Assembly: GCA_035268685.1 (NCBI GenBank)
Contig: DATFKK010000036.1
Coordinates: forward strand, 5,510 to 69,509
Direction of reading: 5' to 3'
Source of the DNA: Candidatus Krumholzibacteriia bacterium
Lineage (GTDB): Bacteria; Krumholzibacteriota; Krumholzibacteriia; JAJRXK01
Length of the DNA stretch: 64,000 nt
Shown here piece by piece: positions 1 to 9,199 of this stretch. The notes beneath the pieces were generated by a model. The model had not been told where the DNA came from and made no database searches. It worked only from the letters and a program-made list of their open reading frames with translations. Within the stretch, counting starts at the first letter, position 1. Every line of letters begins with the position of its first letter. Made by a program: the position numbers and the translations under genes.

Positions 1-1716
1 CGACTTCATCACCGCGTCGTCCACGTGGTAGATCAGCAGGCCCTCGGCCTTGAGATTCACGTCGAATCCACGACGGCGGCGGTTCTCCACGAGCCAGTAC
101 TCGTCGACCGGATTGTCGGTCTCGTTGCGCGGGCAGTACCACCCCTCGCGATGTTCCTCGAAGTCGGCCGCGTACGACTCGCCCCCACCGACGACCGAGA
201 CCTCGTCGAAGGCGAAGGCCGCGCAGCTCGACGCGTAGGCACCGTCCTCGTTCGAGAAGGCCGTGTCCGACCGGAAGCGGAACTTCACGCGGTAGTCGAC
301 CGGGCCGGAGCCGAGCAGAGCGGTGAGATCGTGCGTAGCGGTTCCGCTGCTCGTCCAGTCGTAGACGTCGAGCTGGGCCTCCACACCGTCGACCTCCACG
401 ATCGCGAAGACGAAGTCGAAGCCTCCTTCGGTGTCGACGGCGTAGTCGTAGCTCAGCGTCACCGGGCCGTTGCCGTCGTAGTGGAAGTCACGCGCCACCG
501 TCTCGACCCAGCGATTGCCGTAGCCCTTCGGCTCGACCCATCCACGAGCGGTGCTCTCGTCGAGAGTCGCCCCCAGGGCCATGGATGCGTCTCCGGCGAT
601 CGCGCAGTCGGTCCGGACCCGCCAGCGGTCGTGGTCGAAGGGCAAGCGGTACACGGTGTCCGAATCGAACACCGGCGCGACGTCGGTCACGACGGGCTCG
701 GGGCCGATGTCGATCACGTCCACCCAGCCGAGCTCGGCCTTGGTCCACGCGCTCATGTGCGCGGGAGACTCGGGGCGGTTCCAGTTCCCCGACGCCATCA
801 GGCACCAGTGGCCCACGCCGTTGGCGCCACCGCCGTTCGTGTCGTAGAGATCGGGAAGGCCGAAGGCGTGGCCGAACTCGTGGCAGAACACGCCGATCTG
901 GATCATGTCGACTCCGTTGCAGTCGAGCCCGGGCTGCATGACGTAGTCGTCGATGACGATCGGTTCGCCGCTCGGTGAGAGGTCGTTGGTCTGCAGGGGC
1001 ACCTGGGCCCACGCCGGGTACCGCCAGCGATGGCTCCAGATGTGCGGATTGTCGCCACCGCACTCCCCCCCGAAGGCGGGGTGCACGAAGGCCACGAAGT
1101 CGACCCGACCGTCGTCGTCACCGCTGTTGGGGATTCCGTCGGGACCGTCGTTGTCGAACTGACCGAAGTCCACGGTGGCATCGTGCGCGGTGATCGTCTC
1201 GGCGATCAGTTCTCCGATCTTCGCGTCGGCCGGACTCAGCCCGTTCGACGCGCCGGCGTAGTAGCTCTCGTCCTCGTTCAACTGCGTCCAGCCGATCACC
1301 TGTCCGCCGACACTCGCGCGACCACCGCTGATCTCATGGTAGAAGTCGGTGAGGCTGGCCCCCTGGGCGTCGAACAGGCGCTGCTCGAGGTCCGCGGGAT
1401 TCCAGGGCACGGTGTCGGTGTCCGCGAAGCTCACGGTGAACACGGGCACCGAGTAGTTCCCGCTGACCGCGGTCTGCGCTCCACGGGCCAGGGCGCCGTC
1501 GGCCAGCGCTGCCCGCGCCGCCGCCGCGCGCTCGGCCACCCCGATCCAGGCGTGGCCGAAGGAGAAGGCGCGGGGGTCCCGCTCCATGAGCTCCCGCGCG
1601 GCGGGAGGCAGCTCGACACCGGGTCGAGGCGCGCACAACTGCGCCATCGAACCCGACGACTGGGTCAGGATCGTCAGCAGAACCGCGAATGTGGTGGCGA
1701 TGACGGGCCGTCGCAT
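1..1716 (-). CDS. M6 family metallopeptidase (immune inhibitor A-like), C-terminally truncated by the window edge. It is absent from the ORF track because it has no in-window stop codon.
   Basis: Manual reverse-strand translation (codon tops at positions 0 mod 3) gives a continuous ORF from ATG at 1716 to position 1. GGAGG lies 5 nt upstream (revcomp of 1721-1725). The translation contains HEFGHAFGLPDLYD (zinc HEXXH, revcomp of about 841-900), NRPESPAHMSAWTKAELGWV, HIWSHRW, and an N-terminal signal-like MRRPVIATTFAVLLTILTQ. All are typical of the M6/InhA family. Confidence 0.85.
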   Translation of the reverse strand, partial: MRRPVIATTFAVLLTILTQSSGSMAQLCAPRPGVELPPAARELMERDPRAFSFGHAWIGVAERAAAARAALADGALARGAQTAVSGNYSVPVFTVSFADTDTVPWNPADLEQRLFDAQGASLTDFYHEISGGRASVGGQVIGWTQLNEDESYYAGASNGLSPADAKIGELIAETITAHDATVDFGQFDNDGPDGIPNSGDDDGRVDFVAFVHPAFGGECGGDNPHIWSHRWRYPAWAQVPLQTNDLSPSGEPIVIDDYVMQPGLDCNGVDMIQIGVFCHEFGHAFGLPDLYDTNGGGANGVGHWCLMASGNWNRPESPAHMSAWTKAELGWVDVIDIGPEPVVTDVAPVFDSDTVYRLPFDHDRWRVRTDCAIAGDASMALGATLDESTARGWVEPKGYGNRWVETVARDFHYDGNGPVTLSYDYAVDTEGGFDFVFAIVEVDGVEAQLDVYDWTSSGTATHDLTALLGSGPVDYRVKFRFRSDTAFSNEDGAYASSCAAFAFDEVSVVGGGESYAADFEEHREGWYCPRNETDNPVDEYWLVENRRRRGFDVNLKAEGLLIYHVDDAVMKS

Positions 1717-1883
1717 GGAGCCTCCGGAAACTTCGGGACCTGACGACGAACACACACCGACCGAGGCACTGCACAGAACTGCAGTCGGCGCGCCACACGT
1801 CGCGTTCCGGGTCGCGGTCGAACACGGAACGGGGCTTCGGAGACGGGGGCCATGGGGGTTCTACTGTCCCAACAGGCGTGCGT

Positions 1884-3263
1884 CTAGATTCGCACACGAA
1901 GGGTGGCCGTGACCAGTGTCAGTCGAGCGTCGTCCTCTTCGTCCCGGTGTGATTCCGGCTCGTCGCTCAGGAACAGTTCGACCGATGTCGAAGCGCTGAT
2001 CCGGTAGCTGGCCAGTACAGTGCTTCTCAGGAACCAGTAGTCACTGTACAGGTCCAGGCCGCCACCGAGGGGCTCGCGGTAGTCCCGATGCCCCAGTTCC
2101 TCGCTCACCGACAGGAAGAGACGGTCTCCGCCGAAGCCGTCGAACGAGACCACCAGGCTCGGCTGGACGTACTCGTCCTCGTTGGGCGCGGGGGCACTCA
2201 GCCAGCTCAGACGAGGCTCCACGCTCCACTCCCAGGTGCTCCAGCGGCGCGCGACGGCGACGCCCGTCCGGCCCAGGGCGAGGTCGTAGTACGCATCGCG
2301 GCTCTCGTCGTAGTCCAGCCACTCCATGGCGGAGCGCCATCGCAGCTCCCAGTCCTCGTCGACTCGCAGGCGCACCTCGGGCTCGACCACCAGATTCAGC
2401 AGCGAGCTGCGCTGTTCCTCGTCGTCGTACACGCGGCGCTCGATCCAGTGCACCAGAGCCAGTCGCCAGGGCCCGGCCGTGTCGTGGGACCATTCGGCGA
2501 GCCCGAACCACCGGTCGTAGGCGAAGAGCGCCGGTCCCACCTCCTGTCCTTCTTCCGAGGTCGACGCGAAGTCGTCGACCGATCGACGACCGAGACCGAT
2601 CTCCAGATCGAGCCACTGGCCCAGGCCTCCCCGCAGCTGACTCGTGAGGGCGAGATCGAAGCGTTCGTTGTCGATCTCGAACTCACCGGGATCCTCGTAG
2701 CGCGTCACCCGGCCTCGAGTGCGCAGACCGACTTCCCAGCCCTGGTGGGCCGCCCAACGCCAGTGCGCACGGAGCCGTCCTTCGCCGACGTCCGAGCTCA
2801 GCGCGTAGTCGGTGTCGTCGCGGAAGCGACGCCCCTCGAAGTCCAACTGGAGGTCGAGGCGTTGGACCTCGTCGCGCAGATCCACGTCGAAGGTCGCGTC
2901 GCCACGCCAGGTGTCGGTGCCGGCCGAGAAACGGGTGCGGAGGTCGGCGCCGCGATCACGGTCGCCCACCCGCAGTCCGAACTCCGCGGCACCGCGCAGC
3001 TCGGTGAACACGTCGGTCTCGGTGCGCAGCGTGCTCTCGTCGCTGAGCAGCGACTCGCTGGCGAACTCGGTCAGGCGGTAGATCTGGGCGAAGCTGTCGA
3101 CGCCGAACTCGAAGGTCGCACGGGGCTGCCACCGCACCTCGGCCGGGACCTCCGACGCGGCCAACGTGGTCAGCAGGAACAAGGGCAGGATCGGGCGCAC
3201 GTCGACACGGGGCGGGAAGGGGGCCCTCCCGCCGAACCCCGGTCGGCGGGAAGCCGTGGACAC
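1884..3263 (-). CDS. Hypothetical secreted or outer-membrane protein, rich in D/E/R/W with beta-strand-like alternation.
   Basis: 459-aa ORF with an N-proximal hydrophobic stretch (RPILPLFLLTTLAASEV) and no recognisable catalytic motif. Its C-terminus ends LRVRI. The true start may be an internal GTG. Confidence 0.45.
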   Translation of the reverse strand: MSTASRRPGFGGRAPFPPRVDVRPILPLFLLTTLAASEVPAEVRWQPRATFEFGVDSFAQIYRLTEFASESLLSDESTLRTETDVFTELRGAAEFGLRVGDRDRGADLRTRFSAGTDTWRGDATFDVDLRDEVQRLDLQLDFEGRRFRDDTDYALSSDVGEGRLRAHWRWAAHQGWEVGLRTRGRVTRYEDPGEFEIDNERFDLALTSQLRGGLGQWLDLEIGLGRRSVDDFASTSEEGQEVGPALFAYDRWFGLAEWSHDTAGPWRLALVHWIERRVYDDEEQRSSLLNLVVEPEVRLRVDEDWELRWRSAMEWLDYDESRDAYYDLALGRTGVAVARRWSTWEWSVEPRLSWLSAPAPNEDEYVQPSLVVSFDGFGGDRLFLSVSEELGHRDYREPLGGGLDLYSDYWFLRSTVLASYRISASTSVELFLSDEPESHRDEEDDARLTLVTATLRVRI

Positions 3264-3284
3264 GACCTCGTGGCGCGTCGAGGT

Positions 3285-4397
3285 CTAGCCGCGGCCTCGG
3301 CCGACCTGGCGTTGCAGCCGGGCCAGCAGATCGGCGGCGGCGCGGATGTGCTGCTGGGCACGTGACTCGTCGTCGTCCTCCAGTGCCCGTCGGGCCCTGT
3401 CCCGCGCCTCGGCCGCCTGCCGCAGGAGACGGACGGCGGGATCGGGGAGGTCGTTCCCGAAGCGATCGCGGATCCGTTCGATCTGGGCATCGAGGCGGTC
3501 CAGGGCTCGCTCGGTGCGGCTGCCGGCCCGCGAGCCGGACCGCTCGGCTTCGTCCATCACGCGACGGGCGGTCAGGATCTGCTGCGCGCTCTCCCGTGGG
3601 CGACCGTTGCGGAGGGCGACCGCGGCGCGTTCGAGCAGACGTTCGAGGATCTTCGCCTCGGCCTCGGCCACGAGTCCCCCACCGCGCATGCGCTCGAACC
3701 GCTCCCGTGCCCGCTGCAGCGATGCCGCCACCCGCTCGGTGTCCGGGGCATCGCCCTCACGCTCGCGCAGCGTCTGCAGCACGGTCAGCGCGTTCTGGGC
3801 CAACCGCAGCGCCTGTTCGAAGCGACCGTCGCGCCACTGGAACCCCGCGCGATCGATGAGTTGCGCAGCCTGCGCCCGGAGACGCTCGTCGCCACCGTCG
3901 GCGCGTTCGAGCTGCTGCCGCGCGCGCTCCAGGGTGCGCCGCGCGTTCTCCTCCTGGCTCAGGTCCTCCCTCAACTGACGAGCCGCCCGCGTGGTCAGGT
4001 CCCGCGCACGCAGCGTGAAGGTGAGACTGTTGCGCAGGTGCAGGTTCGCCTGCGGGCTCAGGGCGGTGTCGCCGGACTCGCGGAAGGCGTCCTCGGCCGC
4101 GCGCAGGGCCTCCTTGGCCCGCACCTGGATCCGCCGCGCCTGGTCCACGAGCTCTCGGACAGCAGGGAGGTTCGACTGCGTGGCGCGCCCGTTGATCTCG
4201 ACCCACAGGTCCTGGGTGCGCTCGAGTTCACGCTCTACCCTGCTGTGGCGCTCCAGGAATCCCCGGAACTCGAAGCTCTGCGCGTCGGACGACCCCGCGG
4301 ATCCCACGAGGACCACGACGCACGCGACCAGCGACAGCGTCCGGGACGCGATCCGGCGGGAGGAGAGGCAGCGGTGATGGTGTCGTCGGCGGACCAT
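3285..4397 (-). CDS. Hypothetical secreted alpha-helical (coiled-coil-like, A/R/E/L-rich) protein.
   Basis: The track ORF 3285..4922 was trimmed to an internal ATG at 4397 (MVRRRHHHRCLSSRRIASRTLSLVACVVVLVGSAGSS, signal-peptide-like). GAGG lies 6 nt upstream. The rest is low-complexity helical repeats (ERARQQLERA, AQAAQLIDRAG). Confidence 0.5.
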   Translation of the reverse strand: MVRRRHHHRCLSSRRIASRTLSLVACVVVLVGSAGSSDAQSFEFRGFLERHSRVERELERTQDLWVEINGRATQSNLPAVRELVDQARRIQVRAKEALRAAEDAFRESGDTALSPQANLHLRNSLTFTLRARDLTTRAARQLREDLSQEENARRTLERARQQLERADGGDERLRAQAAQLIDRAGFQWRDGRFEQALRLAQNALTVLQTLREREGDAPDTERVAASLQRARERFERMRGGGLVAEAEAKILERLLERAAVALRNGRPRESAQQILTARRVMDEAERSGSRAGSRTERALDRLDAQIERIRDRFGNDLPDPAVRLLRQAAEARDRARRALEDDDESRAQQHIRAAADLLARLQRQVGRGRG

Positions 4398-4439
4398 GAT
4401 GAACCTCGTCGGGTGATCCCCAGGTACATCGAAGGGGGA

Positions 4440-4456
4440 TGCACGGTCCGTTCCCG
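4440..4456 (-). promoter_or_regulatory. Candidate sigma-54 (-24/-12) promoter, CGGAACggaccgTGCAT, about 42 nt upstream of the 4397 start.
   Basis: The revcomp of 4441-4454 reads GGAACGGACCGTGC. The GG and GC elements are at the canonical 12-nt offset and 9 of 12 consensus positions match TGGCACG-N4-TTGCA. The site lies directly downstream of an NtrC-family sigma-54 activator gene. Confidence 0.3.
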
Positions 4457-4621
4457 GCGCCGGAAGCGTCCGGACCCGGCCCGGCCGAGGTGACAAATCC
4501 TTCGTCGGCAACAGTTTGCGGGATGCACCGCCCGGGATCAACGTCGGGGAAGGTCGAGCGGACGGGCTCACGGTGTCCCTCAGCGTACAAGCGTGTCCCC
4601 TGGGGGGCGCCCCGATGCGGA

Positions 4622-5971
4622 TCAGGTCCCCGGATCGTCGATCGGAATCCTCAGCCGCTCCATCCTCGAGTAGAGGGCACGCCGGGTCAGGCCGAGCATC
4701 TCGGCCGCCTGGGTCTTGTTTCCCGCGGCCCGCCGCAGGGCGAGACGGATCAGACGACGCTCGTGCTCCTCGAGGTTCAGGTCGACGGGCTCGTCGCCGA
4801 CCTTCGCACCCGATCCGCGCGAACGCGGGAGCACCACGTGTTCGGGCCGAAGCGCCGTGTCGCCGGCGAGGATGTGCGCACGCTCGAGCGTGTTGCGCAG
4901 CTCGCGGACGTTTCCGGGCCACGAGTGCGCCCGCAGCGCTCGGAGCACTTCCGGCGAGAGTCGCTCGTCACGTCGGCCGAGATCGGTCATCAGGCGCGCG
5001 GCGACGATCTCGATGTCTTCGAGTCGATCGCGCAGCGCCGGCAGGTCGACCGGGAACACGTTGAAGCGGTAGTAGAGATCCTCGCGGAAGTCGCCGTCGT
5101 CGATCAACCGCTCGAGGTCCTTGTTCGTGGCCGCCACGATCCGCACGTCGACCTCGATCTCGCTGCGCCCCCCCACGGGGATGAACTTCCGTTCCTCGAG
5201 CGCACGCAGAAGCTTGCTCTGCACGCCGGCATTCGCCTCGCCGAGCTCGTCGAGGAAGATCGTCCCACCGTGCGCGAGCTCGAAGAACCCCTTCTTGTCC
5301 TGGTCGGCGCCCGTGAAGGCCCCCTTGGTGTAACCGAACAACTCGCTCTCGAGCAGCGAATCGGGGATCGCCGCGCAGTTCACCGGCACGAAGGGCCCGC
5401 CGGCGCGCTGGCTGTGCCGGTGGATGGCCTTGGCGCACAGCTCCTTGCCCGTGCCGCTCTCGCCGCGGATGAGCACCGTGGCGTCGGTGGGCGCCACGCG
5501 GAGGATCAACTCCTTCACCTGGTGCATGGCCGGACTCTCGCCGACCATGTCCCACTTCTCGGCCGTGCGTGTGTGCAGTTCGCGCTGACGCGCCTGCGCC
5601 GTCTTCATCTCGCTCTGCTGCACGAGCCGATCGGCGAGCAGGTTCAGCTCGTCGAGGTCGACCGGTTTGTTCAGGTAGTGCGCCGCACCGGCCTTCATCG
5701 CCGCGACCGCGGTCTCGACCTCACCGTAGGCGGTCATCATGACCACGGCCGTCTGCGGCCGACCGGCCTTGATGCGCTGCAGGAGTTCCATGCCGTCGAT
5801 CGGGTCCATCCGGTGGTCGGTGAACACGATGTCGGCGGGGGCTTCGTCCAGTTCCGCGAGGGCCTGGCGGCCGTTCGCAGCGGTGCGGACGTCGTGTCCG
5901 CGTCGGCCGAGGGATCGCGCGACCACGTCGCACATGCGCTGTTCGTCGTCCACCACCAGGATCCGGGCCAC
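4622..5971 (-). CDS. Sigma-54-dependent Fis-family response regulator (NtrC-like, receiver + AAA+ + HTH).
   Basis: The translation has the receiver motif ARILVVDDE, the sigma-54 interaction domain (GESGTGKE Walker A, GAFTGA sigma-54 contact motif, ELFGY) and a C-terminal HTH (LGLTRRALYSRM). The start was reassigned to GTG at 5971, preceded by AGGAGG at a 6-nt spacer. Confidence 0.9.
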   Translation of the reverse strand: MARILVVDDEQRMCDVVARSLGRRGHDVRTAANGRQALAELDEAPADIVFTDHRMDPIDGMELLQRIKAGRPQTAVVMMTAYGEVETAVAAMKAGAAHYLNKPVDLDELNLLADRLVQQSEMKTAQARQRELHTRTAEKWDMVGESPAMHQVKELILRVAPTDATVLIRGESGTGKELCAKAIHRHSQRAGGPFVPVNCAAIPDSLLESELFGYTKGAFTGADQDKKGFFELAHGGTIFLDELGEANAGVQSKLLRALEERKFIPVGGRSEIEVDVRIVAATNKDLERLIDDGDFREDLYYRFNVFPVDLPALRDRLEDIEIVAARLMTDLGRRDERLSPEVLRALRAHSWPGNVRELRNTLERAHILAGDTALRPEHVVLPRSRGSGAKVGDEPVDLNLEEHERRLIRLALRRAAGNKTQAAEMLGLTRRALYSRMERLRIPIDDPGT

Positions 5972-5972
5972 G

Positions 5973-7376
5973 TCAGTCCTCCTGCGCGACGTCGACCGAG
6001 CGGACGTCGTCGGGGACGGGAAGATCCACCGTGAAGGTACTGCCCCGTCCGGGTTCGGTCTCGAGCTCGATCCGGCCCCCGTGGTCCTCGACGATCCGCT
6101 GGACCACGTGGAGTCCGAGTCCCGAACCCTTCTCCTTGCTGGTGACGAAGGGCTCGAAGATATCCTGCGCCCGTGCAGGGTCCATGCCGGTGCCGGTGTC
6201 CCGCACATGCAGCGCGACGCGACCGTCCACCGAGTCGAGTCGCAGGTCGAGCGTACCACCCTCGGGCATGGCCTGCACCGCGTTCAGTACGAGGTTCAGG
6301 ACGACCTGTTGCAGACGGCGTGGATCGGCCCACAGCGCCAGCCGATCGACGGAGTCCAGGTTGGACCTCACCGCCACCCCCGCGCTCTGCAGGTCGCGCT
6401 CGACCAACTTCAGCGTCCGTCGTACCAGCCGCACCAGATCCACGGTCTCGGGGCGAAGGGGCGCGTCCCTGGCGAACTCGAGGTAACCGGTCAGCGTCTC
6501 GTTCAGTCGATCGACCTCTTCGGGAATGTAGCGGACGAGGTCGCTGTCGACGCCGGCATCGTCGAGTTCCTCGCGCAACAACTGCGCGGTGTTCTTGATG
6601 ATCCCCAGGGGATTCCGGATCTCGTGGGCGATTCCCGCCGCCATTCGGCCCATCGCACCCAGTTGTTCGCTGCGTGCCAGGGCCGCGTGCGCACGGGCGA
6701 GCCGCTGGGCGTAGAACAGATACACGGCGACCGCCGTCGTCAGGAGCACCACGAGAGCGACACCGACGAACACCAGGGTTCCCCGCAGCGTGCGCAGGGT
6801 GTCGAAGAAGTCCGGAGCGGCGTGGACCGCGACGTGGCCGAGCAATTCCGCCTCGGAGCCACCGGAATCCAGGATCGGCCAGAACGCCGCCTTCAGGTAC
6901 TCGTCCTGCTCGGTCGCGCGGGTGGGCAGATGAACCGGTTCGAGCGACGACAGGGCCAGGAAGGCTTCGCCGAACAGGAAGTCGTCGGGGCTGCCCGGTG
7001 TCCGCAGACCGGAGGTGTCGAGGAGAACCGTGCCCTCGAAGGAATACACGACGACGTAGTTGACGTCACGCCGCAGAGCCAGGTCCGTCAGGTGCGCCCG
7101 GAGACCGGCCGGCCGCAGGGGATCAAGGTCCTCTCCCTCGAGAGTCCACTGCGTCAGACTCTCGGGCGCCGCCGTGGCCGCGACCTCCTCGGCGATCAGC
7201 AGGAGGCGCTCGCCCATCTCGCGGTCGAGTGCTTCGCGACTGCGCTCGTAGATGGTCCAGAGCCCCGCGCCCGAAGCGATCGCCACGAGCACACCCAGGG
7301 TCAGGGCGCCCAGGACCTGCGCCCGCCGCCCGGGCACACCCGGATCAGCCGAGCGCCTGGGTCTGATCCGCGGCAT
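5973..7376 (-). CDS. Sensor histidine kinase (HisKA + HATPase_c) with two predicted TM segments.
   Basis: H-box AHEIRNPL, G-boxes DTGTGM and GSGLGL. Its stop abuts the regulator start. The start is ambiguous: ATG at 7376 overlaps lipA by 31 nt, and an alternative GTG at 7337 does not overlap. Confidence 0.8.
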   Translation of the reverse strand: MPRIRPRRSADPGVPGRRAQVLGALTLGVLVAIASGAGLWTIYERSREALDREMGERLLLIAEEVAATAAPESLTQWTLEGEDLDPLRPAGLRAHLTDLALRRDVNYVVVYSFEGTVLLDTSGLRTPGSPDDFLFGEAFLALSSLEPVHLPTRATEQDEYLKAAFWPILDSGGSEAELLGHVAVHAAPDFFDTLRTLRGTLVFVGVALVVLLTTAVAVYLFYAQRLARAHAALARSEQLGAMGRMAAGIAHEIRNPLGIIKNTAQLLREELDDAGVDSDLVRYIPEEVDRLNETLTGYLEFARDAPLRPETVDLVRLVRRTLKLVERDLQSAGVAVRSNLDSVDRLALWADPRRLQQVVLNLVLNAVQAMPEGGTLDLRLDSVDGRVALHVRDTGTGMDPARAQDIFEPFVTSKEKGSGLGLHVVQRIVEDHGGRIELETEPGRGSTFTVDLPVPDDVRSVDVAQED

Positions 7377-8211
7377 GATAGGAGCTGCGTACGAAGGGAC
7401 CCGACTCGACCCACGCGATGCCGGCGCGACGACCACGCTCGGCGATGCGATCGAAGTCCTCGGGATCGTAGAACCGCTCCACGCGGTGGTGTCTCGCCGA
7501 AGGCTGCAGGTACTGCCCCACGGTGAGGATGTCCGCACCCGCGCCGGCCACGTCGTCGAACAGGCGGTCGAGTTCGTCTTCGGTCTCTCCCAGACCGACC
7601 ATGATTCCTGTCTTCACCAGTGGCCGCGGGCGATGCATGTGCGCCCGACGAAGCACCTCCAGGGAACCGCGGTAGCTCGAGCGGGGGCGCACGCCGGCGT
7701 ACAGGCCCTCGACCGTCTCGAGGTTGTGCGCGAAGACGTCGGCGCCGACGGCCAGCACCGCTTCGAGCGCGCCGACCTTGTCGCGGAAGTCGGGCGCGAG
7801 CAGTTCGATCTTCGTGTCGGGACACTGGTCCCGCAGACGCTCCACGAGGTCGACGAACACCGCGGCCCCACCGTCGTCCAGGTCGTCGCGATCGACGGAG
7901 GTGATCACCACGTGGTCCAGCCCGATCTCCTGCACCGCGTCGACCAGGCGGCGCGGCTCGTCACGATCGACCTCGCCCGTCCACCCGTAACCCACGTCAC
8001 AGAAGGTGCAACGCCGGGTGCACTGGTGGCCCAGGATCAGGAAGGTGGCGGTCCGTGCGTTCCAGCACTCGCCGATGTTGGGACACCTGGCCTCTTCGCA
8101 GATCGTGTTCAGCCCCTGCTCGCGGAACAGACGCTTGAGTTCGAAGTAGTCCTTGCCCGTTCGCGAGCGCATGGTCAGCCACGAGGGCTTGCCCCGCCGC
8201 GGATCGCCCAT
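7345..8211 (-). CDS. lipA: Lipoyl synthase.
   Basis: Radical-SAM CTRRCTFC motif and auxiliary CEEARCPNIGEC cluster motif. KPSWL aligns with E. coli RKPEWMK. The start was trimmed to MGDPRRGKPSWL (8211). Confidence 0.9.
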   Translation of the reverse strand: MGDPRRGKPSWLTMRSRTGKDYFELKRLFREQGLNTICEEARCPNIGECWNARTATFLILGHQCTRRCTFCDVGYGWTGEVDRDEPRRLVDAVQEIGLDHVVITSVDRDDLDDGGAAVFVDLVERLRDQCPDTKIELLAPDFRDKVGALEAVLAVGADVFAHNLETVEGLYAGVRPRSSYRGSLEVLRRAHMHRPRPLVKTGIMVGLGETEDELDRLFDDVAGAGADILTVGQYLQPSARHHRVERFYDPEDFDRIAERGRRAGIAWVESGPFVRSSYHAADQTQALG

Positions 8212-8419
8212 GCGGTGCTTGCGCCGAAGGGGGCGCGGGGCGGGATCGGACTCGGCAGTGGATCGACGCACGGTGGCCTCGTTCGGGGGCGGAATCGGCG
8301 GCCCGGGGCCACGATCACATCTGAACCCTGGCAATCCGGCCGACGATCGTGGATGGTGCGCACGGTAGTCCAGGCCCTGGACATTGACAAGACGGCCCCT
8401 GCGGCCGCAGCGCCGAGCC

Positions 8420-9199
8420 ACCATGGATTCCTTCGCGACCGAATGGGGTCAGATCGTCGTCCTGGCCGTCGTGGGCTTCGTGGCCGGCTTCATGAACGTG
8501 TTCGCCGGCGGGGGCTCGCTGCTGACGCTGCCGATCATGCTGTGGCTCGGAATGCCCGCGCCGGTGGCCAATGCCACCAACCGCATCGGTCTGATCACCC
8601 AGAACATCGCCGCCACCACCGCCTTCCATCAGGGACACGTGCTGCCCCTGGGGACGGTGCTGAGATTGTCGCTCGTGGTGATCCCGGGATCGCTCCTGGG
8701 CGCCTGGCTGGCGATCGACATCGACGAGACCCTCTTCCGTCGGATCCTCGTCGGTGTCATGCTGGTTTCGCTGTGGGCGATCCTGCGCAGGAAGCCCGCG
8801 CGCGAGGTCTGGAAGCCGCGGACCGACGGGGTCACCTGGCAACTCGTACTCAGCTTCCTCGGCATGGGATTGTACGCGGGCTTCATCCAGGCGGGCCTGG
8901 GCTTCGTGATCATCGCGGTGCTCACCTCGGTCGGCCACTTCGACCTGATCCGGACGAACGCGATCAAGGTCGCGACCGTGCTGATCGCCCAACTGGTGGC
9001 CTTGACGGTCTTCGGACTGACCGGGACCGTGGACTGGGCCGCCGGGGCGGCGCTCGCCCTGGGCAGCACCACGGGTGCCTGGTCGGCTGCCCACGTCCAG
9101 CTCGCACAGGGGGCGCTGTGGGTGCGCCGGGTGGTGGTCGCCCTGCTGGTACTGTTCACCCTGCGCCTGGTGTACGAAGGATTCGTGGCGGGAGTGTGA
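8420..9199 (+). CDS. TauE/SafE (DUF81) family anion (sulfite/organosulfonate) exporter.
   Basis: Two half-repeats with G-rich motifs (FAGGGSLLTLPIM, GTVDWAAGAALALGSTTGAWS), about 8 TM segments. Start taken at MDSFATEWGQ. Confidence 0.7.
   Translation, partial: TMDSFATEWGQIVVLAVVGFVAGFMNVFAGGGSLLTLPIMLWLGMPAPVANATNRIGLITQNIAATTAFHQGHVLPLGTVLRLSLVVIPGSLLGAWLAIDIDETLFRRILVGVMLVSLWAILRRKPAREVWKPRTDGVTWQLVLSFLGMGLYAGFIQAGLGFVIIAVLTSVGHFDLIRTNAIKVATVLIAQLVALTVFGLTGTVDWAAGAALALGSTTGAWSAAHVQLAQGALWVRRVVVALLVLFTLRLVYEGFVAGV

Noticed and set aside
25-1063. Track ORFs 25..978(+) and 488..1063(-) at the window start
   Set aside because: Superseded by the continuous M6 peptidase frame, which contains HEFGH. 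These are alternative-frame products.
4398-4621. Possible additional small gene or sRNA in the 224-bp gap after the response regulator
   Set aside because: No convincing ORF with an RBS and no structured RNA pattern recognised. Treated as the promoter/leader region (see the sigma-54 candidate).
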